A DNA stretch of 28,567 bases from Chitinophaga pinensis (GTDB lineage Bacteria > Bacteroidota > Bacteroidia > Flavobacteriales_D > Crocinitomicaceae), in assembly GCA_945861175.1 (NCBI GenBank), contig CAMATR010000001.1, positions 1-28,567 of the forward strand, in the 5' to 3' direction. This document shows, one piece after another, positions 8,706 to 16,872 of this stretch. Position 1 is the stretch's first letter. The number at the start of each line of letters is the position of its first letter. Position numbers and translations under genes: made by a program. The notes beneath the pieces were generated by a model that ran no database searches, was not told the origin of the DNA, and saw only the letters and a program-made list of their open reading frames with translations.

Positions 8706-9877
8706 TACCGTTAATGAAAAACGCTTTTTTGAATGAATATGAAACAAGAAAGTCACTTGCTGAATTTGTACTACGAGCGCCAAGATTGAGTATGGATTCA
8801 AAGTGTGTTGAATTTGAAATTGAATTTTCAAAATATCAGCATAGAAACCATTCAGTATTGTATAATAGTGGGGCAAGCGCTAATCTTGCAATACTGCAAG
8901 CATTGAAAAACATGGGTAAAATTAAAGAGGGTGATGCGATCGGTTTTTCAGCTGTTACATGGTCCACAAATACAATGCCAATAATTCAACTTGGTTTTAA
9001 TGCTGTCCCTATAGACTGCGATCCTACGACTTTAAATATTATGTCTCACAATCTTCTAGATTCATTGAAAATTGAAAAACTGAGCGTACTTTTTATTACT
9101 AATGCTCTGGGATTTACAGGAGATTTGGATACCATTAAAAAAATATGTGATGAAAATAAGATAATTTTGCTCGAAGATAATTGTGAGGCATTAGGAACTG
9201 AGTTGCCACAAGGGAGAGCGGGGAATTTTGGTTTGGCTTCAAGTTTTTCTTTTTTTGTTGCACACCATATGTCAACAATAGAGGGGGGAATGGTTTGCAC
9301 TGATAATGAAGATTTATTAGAAATGCTCAAAATTGTTCGAGCAAATGGTTGGGACAGAAATTTAAGTGCTGTACAACAAAGAAAATGGCGTTTAAAGTAT
9401 GGTATAAAATCTGAATTTGATGCAAAATATACTTTTTATGATCTAGCATTTAATTTAAGACCTACTGAAATAACGGGCTTCTTAGGGTTAGAACAACTTA
9501 AATATTTACATGAAAATGTAAGTGTGAGATATAATAATTATTTAAGATTTGAAAAAATAATAAAAGACAATCCTGATTTAATTTTACTAGATAGATCTCA
9601 CATTTCATTATTGTCAAGTTTTTGTTTACCCGTTCTTTGTAAATCACCAATACTTAAGCAAAAATATTTAGACCAATTTTCGGGGGCTGGTATTGAAATT
9701 AGACCAATGATTGCTGGGAATATGCAAAGGCAACCATTTTTTTCAAAATATGTAAAAAAAATTTATGAATTACATGGATCTGATTTTATTCATGAATGTG
9801 GTTTTTATTCAGGGAACTATCCCGAATTGTCTGAAGCAGATATTGAAATAATTTCAAGTTGTTTACAAAAATATTAA
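8702..9877 (+). CDS. colD: GDP-4-keto-6-deoxy-D-mannose 3-dehydratase (ColD-like)
   Basis: DegT fold with SFFVAHHMSTIEGG (His188 replaces the Schiff-base Lys), LEDNCEALG, GWDR, FNLRPTEI, EIRPMIAGN; GTGA-coupled to fcl. Confidence 0.78.
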   Translation: MIPLMKNAFLNEYETRKSLAEFVLRAPRLSMDSKCVEFEIEFSKYQHRNHSVLYNSGASANLAILQALKNMGKIKEGDAIGFSAVTWSTNTMPIIQLGFNAVPIDCDPTTLNIMSHNLLDSLKIEKLSVLFITNALGFTGDLDTIKKICDENKIILLEDNCEALGTELPQGRAGNFGLASSFSFFVAHHMSTIEGGMVCTDNEDLLEMLKIVRANGWDRNLSAVQQRKWRLKYGIKSEFDAKYTFYDLAFNLRPTEITGFLGLEQLKYLHENVSVRYNNYLRFEKIIKDNPDLILLDRSHISLLSSFCLPVLCKSPILKQKYLDQFSGAGIEIRPMIAGNMQRQPFFSKYVKKIYELHGSDFIHECGFYSGNYPELSEADIEIISSCLQKY

Positions 9878-10029
9878 TGAACCATCAGATGCAGTCGATA
9901 ACGGAACTATTTGTTCTTGCAAAAAATTTACTACACGGTATTTCTTCAGCATGCTATGAAACAAAATTGTTACTGTATAAGTAGATTAATTTTAACATTG
10001 AAAAATATGAACATCATAAAATAAAACGT

Positions 10030-11088
10030 ATGAAAAAAATATTGTTAGTTGCGGGCTCGCTAAATACAATCAGTTCATATGAATATCATAACTTCCTTTT
10101 GCCTTTAGAAAAAATGGGATATAAGGTTGATGCATTTGATTATATTGCTTCTATAGAACGGATGGGGCGGGACGCTATGAATAAACAATTTCTTACCATG
10201 GTTAAGCAAGAACAGCCAGAGCTGGTATTTGTTGTTCCACAAACCGATCAGTTCATTCCGGAAGTTATAGACGAGATAAATCAGCATGCAATAACCCTTG
10301 GTTACTTTTTTGACGATATGTGGCGGGTTGAATATTCTCGTTTTTGGGCGCGGCACTTTAATTTTGTTACAACATCAGATGTTAATGGAATGAGAAAGTT
10401 CAAGGAAGCCGGATTTACAAACGTAATTTACTCGCCATTTGCCTGCAATACAGATATTTATTGCAATAAAAATCTGCCTAAACTGTATGATGTGACATTT
10501 GTTGGTGGATACAACCCGCATCGTGAGTGGTATCTCAATTATTTAAAGAAGAAAGGTATTGATGTACAAATCTGGGGCACAGGGTGGCCATCGAATATGC
10601 TCAGTTCAGAAGGCATGATTAATGTTTTCAATCAAAGTCGTATCAACCTGAATTTATCAAACAATGTTTGTTATGATATACGATATTTGCTCACTCCTTT
10701 TCGTTCTTTTGTAAAAACGCGCTCTCCTTACCGTTCATTGGTAAACGCACTCCACGTTTGGAAACATGCTTTTCATGCAACTCGTCAATCCGATATGAAA
10801 ACGGTTGAACAAGTAAAGGGTAGGCATTTTGAAATAAATGCTTGTGGCGGATTCCAACTTTCTTACTATGTTGAAGGACTTGAAAGAATGTACGAAATCG
10901 GTGAAGAAATTGCATTATTTGTTTCTCCTGAAGATTTGTTTCAAAAGATAAAGTATTATCTAGGACATGAAGATGAACGAGAATCGATAGCAGTTCGTGG
11001 TTATATATGTACACAGCAAGAACATACAATGGAAAAAAGATTCCAGCACATTTTCGGACAAATAGGACAATCGGAAATTTATAAATGA
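10030..11088 (+). CDS. Glycosyltransferase, CgeB / Glyco_trans_1_2 family
   Basis: YDVTFVGGY..HR, IWGTGW, SRINLNLS, KGRHFEINACGGFQL, KIKYYL.H..ERE.IA..GY......HT...RF. Confidence 0.8.
   Translation: MKKILLVAGSLNTISSYEYHNFLLPLEKMGYKVDAFDYIASIERMGRDAMNKQFLTMVKQEQPELVFVVPQTDQFIPEVIDEINQHAITLGYFFDDMWRVEYSRFWARHFNFVTTSDVNGMRKFKEAGFTNVIYSPFACNTDIYCNKNLPKLYDVTFVGGYNPHREWYLNYLKKKGIDVQIWGTGWPSNMLSSEGMINVFNQSRINLNLSNNVCYDIRYLLTPFRSFVKTRSPYRSLVNALHVWKHAFHATRQSDMKTVEQVKGRHFEINACGGFQLSYYVEGLERMYEIGEEIALFVSPEDLFQKIKYYLGHEDERESIAVRGYICTQQEHTMEKRFQHIFGQIGQSEIYK
10690..10749 (+). repeat. Degenerate in-frame 30-bp tandem duplication (LTPFRSFVKT / RSPYRSLVNA)
   Basis: 10690-10719 vs 10720-10749 match at 21/30 nt by manual count. 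Confidence 0.5.
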
Positions 11089-12134
11089 AAACAATACTGA
11101 TTCACAGCCTTTCAGGTAATAACGATCAATTATTTGATCCGAATGAACGTGACGGATATAACGACCCAGTCATATATTTACGCGAAAGATTATACAAGAA
11201 AGGATATTTACTCAAAACTTCTGATCACAATTCGCTTGATGACTGTGAATGGGTGCTTTTTTACGAAGGCACTAGTGTAAATCCTTACAATGGCTGGCGC
11301 GGGATAGCAAGTAGACTTAAATCTATCGTTCAGGGAAAGCCTCTGCTCAGAAATTTATATCAGGAATGTCTCGATGCGGGAATGGAAAATAGAATGGCAT
11401 TGTTCCTGTGGGAACCACCTTCTGTTCTTTCAGTGAATTGGAATCCGAATTTGCACAAATTATTTCCGTTGATCTTTACATGGCATGATAGCTATATTGA
11501 TGGGGAAAAATTTATAAAAATATACTGGCCTCAAACAAGGCTGTTTCCGGCTGTTCCAATTATTGATTTCAAAGACAAGAAACTGTTAGTAAACATATCT
11601 ATGAACAAGTCTTCATCCCATCCACGGGAGTTATATTCAGCGAGACGGGACTCTATAAAGTATTTTGAACAAAACCAGACACAGAATTTTGATCTATACG
11701 GTGTTGGGTGGAACCAACCAACTAAATTTCTGGAAAAATTGTTTCCTTTCACACGTCAAATTTATTCATCTTATCGCGGGACTGTGAAAAATAAATGGGA
11801 TGTCTTGCCGCAATATAGATTTAGCCTGTGCTACGAGAATATCTATGATGAACCGGGATGGGTGACGGAAAAAATATTTGATAGCATGCGCGCAAACTGT
11901 GTGCCTATTTATTGGGGTGCCCCAAATATTACCGATTATGTAGACAAAGGCACTTTTATTGATCGGCGTAATTTTAGAAGTAATAAAGAACTTGAAAGTT
12001 ATCTTATTGGAATGAGCGAGCAAAAATACAATGATATCCAGGAAGCTATCCAAGAATATTTGGCAAGCGATCGTTTCGCAAAATTCCTTCCCCCTAATTA
12101 TGCAGACACAATTATAAGCACCTTGAAACTATAA
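11085..12134 (+). CDS. Glycosyltransferase family 10 (alpha-1,3/4-fucosyltransferase-like)
   Basis: GT10 motif YRFSLCYEN...GWVTEKIFDS...CVPIYWGAPNI; FIDRRNF; ATGA-coupled to the upstream GT. Confidence 0.85.
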   Translation: MKTILIHSLSGNNDQLFDPNERDGYNDPVIYLRERLYKKGYLLKTSDHNSLDDCEWVLFYEGTSVNPYNGWRGIASRLKSIVQGKPLLRNLYQECLDAGMENRMALFLWEPPSVLSVNWNPNLHKLFPLIFTWHDSYIDGEKFIKIYWPQTRLFPAVPIIDFKDKKLLVNISMNKSSSHPRELYSARRDSIKYFEQNQTQNFDLYGVGWNQPTKFLEKLFPFTRQIYSSYRGTVKNKWDVLPQYRFSLCYENIYDEPGWVTEKIFDSMRANCVPIYWGAPNITDYVDKGTFIDRRNFRSNKELESYLIGMSEQKYNDIQEAIQEYLASDRFAKFLPPNYADTIISTLKL

Positions 12135-12170
12135 AGTTGGCTAAGTATAGTAATATTACGACAAAATCTT

Positions 12171-12179
12171 TGATACAAT
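12171..12179 (+). promoter_or_regulatory. Candidate extended -10 promoter (TGnTACAAT) upstream of wzx
   Basis: TGATACAAT ends about 50 nt before the wzx ATG; no convincing -35; a chance match in AT-rich DNA is possible. Confidence 0.25.
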
Positions 12180-12228
12180 CAAGGAGTTTCGTTTTTCTTC
12201 GCTCAATGATCTTATTAGAATCCAAGTT

Positions 12229-13746
12229 ATGAATCGACTTAACCGATCCACCGTTAATATGCTTGCGAGCTTATTTGGCTACGCTGTACCAATGCTTATT
12301 AGTTTGGTTACCACCCCCATAGTATTAAACGCATTAGGGGTAACAGCATACGGGCTAATAAGTTTAGTTAGCGTCATTATAGGTTATTTAACCGTTATGG
12401 ATATGGGTCTCGATCTTCCCATTACAAAATATCTGGCTGAAGATCAGGCTAAGGTTGATACAGGTGCCGCTAATCGAATGCTAAATAACGCCCTTCAATT
12501 ATACTTTGTAATTGGTGTTGTTGGTATGTTGGTAATCATTTTTACTTCAAAAATGTTTGCCTATCGGGTATTTAAAGTACCCGATGATATGTTGAGTGAA
12601 GCAGTTACGGTATTCCAGTTAGCAGGGATTGGTTTTTTAGGCAGTGTCGCTATGTCTTGGGGGCGTGCTGTTTCCATGGGTGTGCAAAGATTTGAGATAA
12701 CCCATGGCGTATCGGTCATAACCAATTTAGCAGGTATTTGCCTTGGATTATTTATGATATATGCAGGATTTGGAGTGGTTGGTTTTGTTCTTATGCGTGT
12801 GTTATCGTCAGTATTTGCAGGGATGGGATATTGGATGTTCGCCCGTAGGGTGTTGCCTTTTTTTCGTTTTCAGCTGGGCTTTGATCGGCAAACATTACTG
12901 CGCATACGTGGCTATATAGGCTATGGTGCGATAAATCGCCTTATTAGTGGATTGGTAAGTGGGTTAGATAAGACCTTAATCGGCGTCTGGTTGGGTGTGG
13001 CAGCGGCAGGAATCTATTCCATGCCATTCGTGCTCGTGAGTTCACTTGGATACATGATTTCTTACATGCTGGGCTTTCTTCTCCCTATGGCAAGTGAGTT
13101 ACATAGCATAGGGCAATTAGATAAGCTTAGAGATATATATACCCGCTCAACAAGATTCATTACTGCTCTTGCAAGTATGATATTTATACCTGTTTTAATT
13201 TTTGGTGACCTGTTTATAACATTGTGGGTTGGGACAGATATAGGTGATAAAACAAGATATGTCCTTGTACTGCTTGCCTTATCAGGATATTTAGGAACTT
13301 TATTTGTTTCACTTCCAAATAATATTGCCGTTGGAACGGGACGAATAAAGCAATTCACAATATATGCCACGATTAGAGCAATAGTTTTGGGAATAGGTTG
13401 CTTTTTACTAATTAAACCAATGGGTCTTGAAGGGGCTGGCATCGCGCTTTTATTATCCAATATCGTGGATTTATTTTTTCTCATTGTTGTTTTGAAATAC
13501 TATTTACACATTTCGCCATTTCATCTGTTTCGATCAGCGTATTTAGCTCCACTGGCAATTGGATTTACGCTGGCTATTTGCACATTATTTCTACGTCCGA
13601 TTGCACACACATGGATAGGTTTAATAGCATCAATTGGCTTATTTGAGGTACTTTATATTTTGATAAGTTACAGGGTTGGAGTATTTGGTGAAACAGAAAA
13701 GCGTGTTATATTAGACTTCGTAAAAAAACTTAAACGTGATTTATGA
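12229..13746 (+). CDS. wzx: Polysaccharide flippase
   Basis: 505 aa, many hydrophobic segments; LG..AYGL, MDMGL..PITKYLA, LDKTLIG.WLG..AAGIYS, P.ASEL, MGLEGAGIA. Confidence 0.88.
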   Translation: MNRLNRSTVNMLASLFGYAVPMLISLVTTPIVLNALGVTAYGLISLVSVIIGYLTVMDMGLDLPITKYLAEDQAKVDTGAANRMLNNALQLYFVIGVVGMLVIIFTSKMFAYRVFKVPDDMLSEAVTVFQLAGIGFLGSVAMSWGRAVSMGVQRFEITHGVSVITNLAGICLGLFMIYAGFGVVGFVLMRVLSSVFAGMGYWMFARRVLPFFRFQLGFDRQTLLRIRGYIGYGAINRLISGLVSGLDKTLIGVWLGVAAAGIYSMPFVLVSSLGYMISYMLGFLLPMASELHSIGQLDKLRDIYTRSTRFITALASMIFIPVLIFGDLFITLWVGTDIGDKTRYVLVLLALSGYLGTLFVSLPNNIAVGTGRIKQFTIYATIRAIVLGIGCFLLIKPMGLEGAGIALLLSNIVDLFFLIVVLKYYLHISPFHLFRSAYLAPLAIGFTLAICTLFLRPIAHTWIGLIASIGLFEVLYILISYRVGVFGETEKRVILDFVKKLKRDL

Positions 13747-13774
13747 CCAAAGAATATTTACAAATATTTAGCAC

Positions 13775-15049
13775 TTGAGTCAAATGAAATATTTGTTTTG
13801 GGCTGGAATAGTTAGCTGCTTCATTGGTGAAGCCTTTAGAATAAGAGTCTTCGATTTAGTGGAGTTATTTCCACTCCGTGTGATTGTGGTTCTGGCATTG
13901 CCAATAATATTACTAAATCCAGTTAAAAGAAAGCAAGGAATTTGGCGCTTCGCCTCACGACTGCTAATTCTCATGCTAATTTATGGAATTGCGTCACTCA
14001 TTTGGTCACCTGATCCAAGTTTGGGATTAAGATTCGTTAATATGATATTTATGGGGTTGATGATCTTTCTATTAGTTTCGCGCTATGCCATCGATATGTC
14101 AGTCCTTAAGAAAATTATGATTGTCTGGTCTATTATAAGTATATTATCAAGCCTATTAGGTTTTTATGAAATGTTGAATGGACAATACCTTTTCACACAC
14201 GTTACAGACTATGGAGCAACGAATATAGAATTGAGTCGGATAGTCTATATCGGTTGGCTCACCCCACGTGTTTTCTTTCCAGGCCCGAATGAGTTTGCTT
14301 TTTTTAACGCAATTTCTGCTCTTATGCTGATTGGTTGGGCGTTTGAGACACGGAGGGCATATCGGATACTTGCACTCATAGCGACTCTGCTAGCGATTAT
14401 ATTGATTATAAATTCCTTTTCACGTGCAGCGATTTTTGGATTCCTTATAGGGCTGGTGTTTTTTGTTTATATCCTTACTACTAAAACGAAAAGATTTTAT
14501 CGAATTGCAGCAATTTTACTTATAGTAAGTATCAGCATCTTTGCGCTTTACAAGGGCGAAGAACTTCTTAATAATAGTTTAGCGATCTCTGCACTGACAG
14601 CAAAAATAGAGAATGAAGAAAATACGATAAGGAGTGCCTACTACACTGCTGCTTTTTTTCAGGGAACTATAGGCTCATATGGTTTCGGGCGGGGGCTCGG
14701 TGCCTCAACTGAAATAATTCTAGGCGGTTCTTATCATCATTATTTACTGGAAATTATCGCGGAACTTGGTCTTTGGATCTTCCTTGGATACTTAATTCTA
14801 ATCGCAAAGGTTTGTATTCAACTTTGGCGTGCTATCCAACAACGTCGAAACACTTTCTGGAGTGGCGGACTATTGGCATCCTGCATTGCTTTTCCTGTTT
14901 TATGTGCAGGGCCCGCTAGTCTTGTATATATATACCTTTATTGGTTATGGTTGGCATTTGTAGTTGCTTTTACAGAGTACGATTCGATCGTGATGCGCCT
15001 AAATCAATCAAAGTTGGGCCATCACCTCAATTCAGATAAATCGTCCTAA
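13775..15049 (+). CDS. wzy: O-antigen polymerase / O-antigen ligase family membrane protein
   Basis: Multi-TM; R.FF.GPNEFA, SFSRAA, GFGRGLG, HHYLLEIIAELG (variant of the HN.YL...ELG motif); directly after wzx. Start is TTG 13775 or ATG 13784; polymerase versus ligase cannot be resolved. Confidence 0.7.
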   Translation: MSQMKYLFWAGIVSCFIGEAFRIRVFDLVELFPLRVIVVLALPIILLNPVKRKQGIWRFASRLLILMLIYGIASLIWSPDPSLGLRFVNMIFMGLMIFLLVSRYAIDMSVLKKIMIVWSIISILSSLLGFYEMLNGQYLFTHVTDYGATNIELSRIVYIGWLTPRVFFPGPNEFAFFNAISALMLIGWAFETRRAYRILALIATLLAIILIINSFSRAAIFGFLIGLVFFVYILTTKTKRFYRIAAILLIVSISIFALYKGEELLNNSLAISALTAKIENEENTIRSAYYTAAFFQGTIGSYGFGRGLGASTEIILGGSYHHYLLEIIAELGLWIFLGYLILIAKVCIQLWRAIQQRRNTFWSGGLLASCIAFPVLCAGPASLVYIYLYWLWLAFVVAFTEYDSIVMRLNQSKLGHHLNSDKSS

Positions 15050-15093
15050 CAAGGAGTTACACCGGACCGAATTTCCGCTTCGTTTTAAATTTG
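15043..15093 (+). mobile_element. Truncated integron attC-like recombination site (left arm and central hairpin; right arm missing)
   Basis: GTCCTAAC contains the wzy TAA; it is followed by AAGGAGTTACACCGGAC, then CGAATTT-CCGCTTCGTTTT-AAATTTG (7-bp stem, one G-T pair). No complementary CCGGTG...GTTAG right arm follows. Confidence 0.55.
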
Positions 15094-15160
15094 TAAGATT
15101 AAGCCAATAAAACCAAAACGGGAATACAAAGAGATTAAATTCAATTAATAATTGCACCCC

Positions 15161-16414
15161 ATGAATATCTTGCATATCAGTAATACCGATCTCACTGGTG
15201 GCCGTTTTAACGGGTATTATATGAATCAATCGCGCGACAAATCCTTTAATGTGGAAATGGTGGTTTGGAATAAGGAAAGTCATAGCTCAAATGTACATCG
15301 ATCGCCACCTGACAATCCAGCATTGCGTTTTTTTGCTTTGAATATTGCGAGAATAGGTGCTAGATTAGGTTTTGACGGGCTTACAGGTTTTAGTGGTTGG
15401 ATTTTGCCATCTCGAGATTATTTTAAACGGGCAGATGTTATTCACCTACATCAGATTCACAATCACCCCAATTTTAGTATTTTGTCATTGCCAATGCTAA
15501 TGCGTAAAAAACCCCTTGTTTGGACTATTCATGATCCTTGGGCAATGACCGGGGGGTGTGAGCATTCATTCGAATGTGATCACTGGCTGACCGGATGCAA
15601 AACTCGTTGTCCCCATCCAAGACTCAAATCGCTTTTCCGAAATTACACACCATATCTGCACTGGAAAATAAAAAAATTGGTTTATCAACATGCAAATTTG
15701 ACGCTAATTGTTGCCTCTAAATGGATGAAAGATCGAATTGAGCGGAGCCCTTTGTTGCGTCATTTACCCTGTCATCAAATTCCTTTTGGCATTGATCTGG
15801 AAGTCTTTAAGCCGCGCTCCAAAATAGAGTGTCGCAAGAAATTGGGCATAACTTTGGGACACAAAGTTATTGCATTCCGAGATACTGATATTGGAAAGAA
15901 TTCTAAAATGTCGAGTTATAAGGGCATTAGTTATTTGATGGAGGCACTAAAGATATATGATCCAAAAGAATCGACAACTTTACTTATATTTGAAAACGGT
16001 AAAGGTTTTAGAATTTTATCATCTAAGTATCGTGTTTTAACACCGGGCTGGATTGATGGTGAGGATCTTGTAGTTGCTTTATCTGCAGCAGATATTTTTC
16101 TAATGCCTTCAATTCAAGAATCATTTGGGCTTATGGCCGTCGAGGCAATGGCCTGTGGCACACCCGTAATTGTATTCGATGGGACCTCATTACCAGACGT
16201 GATTAAAGCCCCACTGGGGGGACTAGCAGTACCTGCAAAGGACAGCATAGCTCTAGCGGAAGCCATCAAGAAATTAATGGAAAATGATGAATTGCGGACT
16301 AGATTAGGCAAGCAAGCACGTCAAATTACTGAACGTGAGTATTCATTTCCTCTATATGTCCAGCGACATTTAAGCTTATATGATGAAGTGATAGAACGGC
16401 ATCACAGATTATAA
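15161..16414 (+). CDS. Glycosyltransferase family 4 (WcaC-like), copy A
   Basis: DVIHLHQIH, VWTIHDPW..TGGC, IPFGID..VFKP, ADIFLMPSIQESFGLMAVEAMACGTPV. ATG 15161 preferred to TTG 15152 because copy B starts at the equivalent codon. Confidence 0.9.
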   Translation: MNILHISNTDLTGGRFNGYYMNQSRDKSFNVEMVVWNKESHSSNVHRSPPDNPALRFFALNIARIGARLGFDGLTGFSGWILPSRDYFKRADVIHLHQIHNHPNFSILSLPMLMRKKPLVWTIHDPWAMTGGCEHSFECDHWLTGCKTRCPHPRLKSLFRNYTPYLHWKIKKLVYQHANLTLIVASKWMKDRIERSPLLRHLPCHQIPFGIDLEVFKPRSKIECRKKLGITLGHKVIAFRDTDIGKNSKMSSYKGISYLMEALKIYDPKESTTLLIFENGKGFRILSSKYRVLTPGWIDGEDLVVALSAADIFLMPSIQESFGLMAVEAMACGTPVIVFDGTSLPDVIKAPLGGLAVPAKDSIALAEAIKKLMENDELRTRLGKQARQITEREYSFPLYVQRHLSLYDEVIERHHRL

Positions 16415-16556
16415 ATATTAAGATTGTTAAATAATCATTAGCGTTTCGTAATAAGTCAAACAGTTTAAATGAACGTATTTTTAAAACTACAAAACTGTAT
16501 TGTTAAAAAAGAATATATTGTTATATTTACAAATAAAATTCTGCTTATAATAAATA

Positions 16557-16593
16557 GGACTTCATGTGGTCTGTAAGACCCAACTTGAAGTCC
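16557..16593. repeat. Imperfect inverted repeat / stem-loop
   Basis: GGACTTCA (16557-64) pairs with TGAAGTCC (16586-93); inner GGTCT (16568-72) pairs with AGACC (16576-80) around a GTA loop. Confidence 0.7.
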
Positions 16594-16758
16594 AGGTTGA
16601 ACTACATCCCGAATCGCAGTATATGCACTTATCGAAGGTCTTTCGTTTTATGAGGATTTAGATGACTCAGGGCGGGACTCGGTTATCAAAGATAGTCAAA
16701 TTCCCTTTGACATTCCCAAATAGTTGAAGTTTTATCGAATCTAATTAAATATATAAAC

Positions 16759-16872
16759 ATGAAGAAAAATATTTTAAGAGGCTTAAAAGGGCTGCATCTG
16801 CTCTTCACCGATCCGTATGGCTTTTGGCAACATCTCAAGCCATATGTATATTGCCTGCAAAGTCAGGGATGA
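16759..16872 (+). other. 37-aa ORF upstream of FkbM (frameshifted N-terminus or coupled leader)
   Basis: MKKNILRGLKGLHLLFTDPYGFWQHLKPYVYCLQSQG*; its TGA overlaps the FkbM-frame ATG at 16869 (ATGA). Confidence 0.35.
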
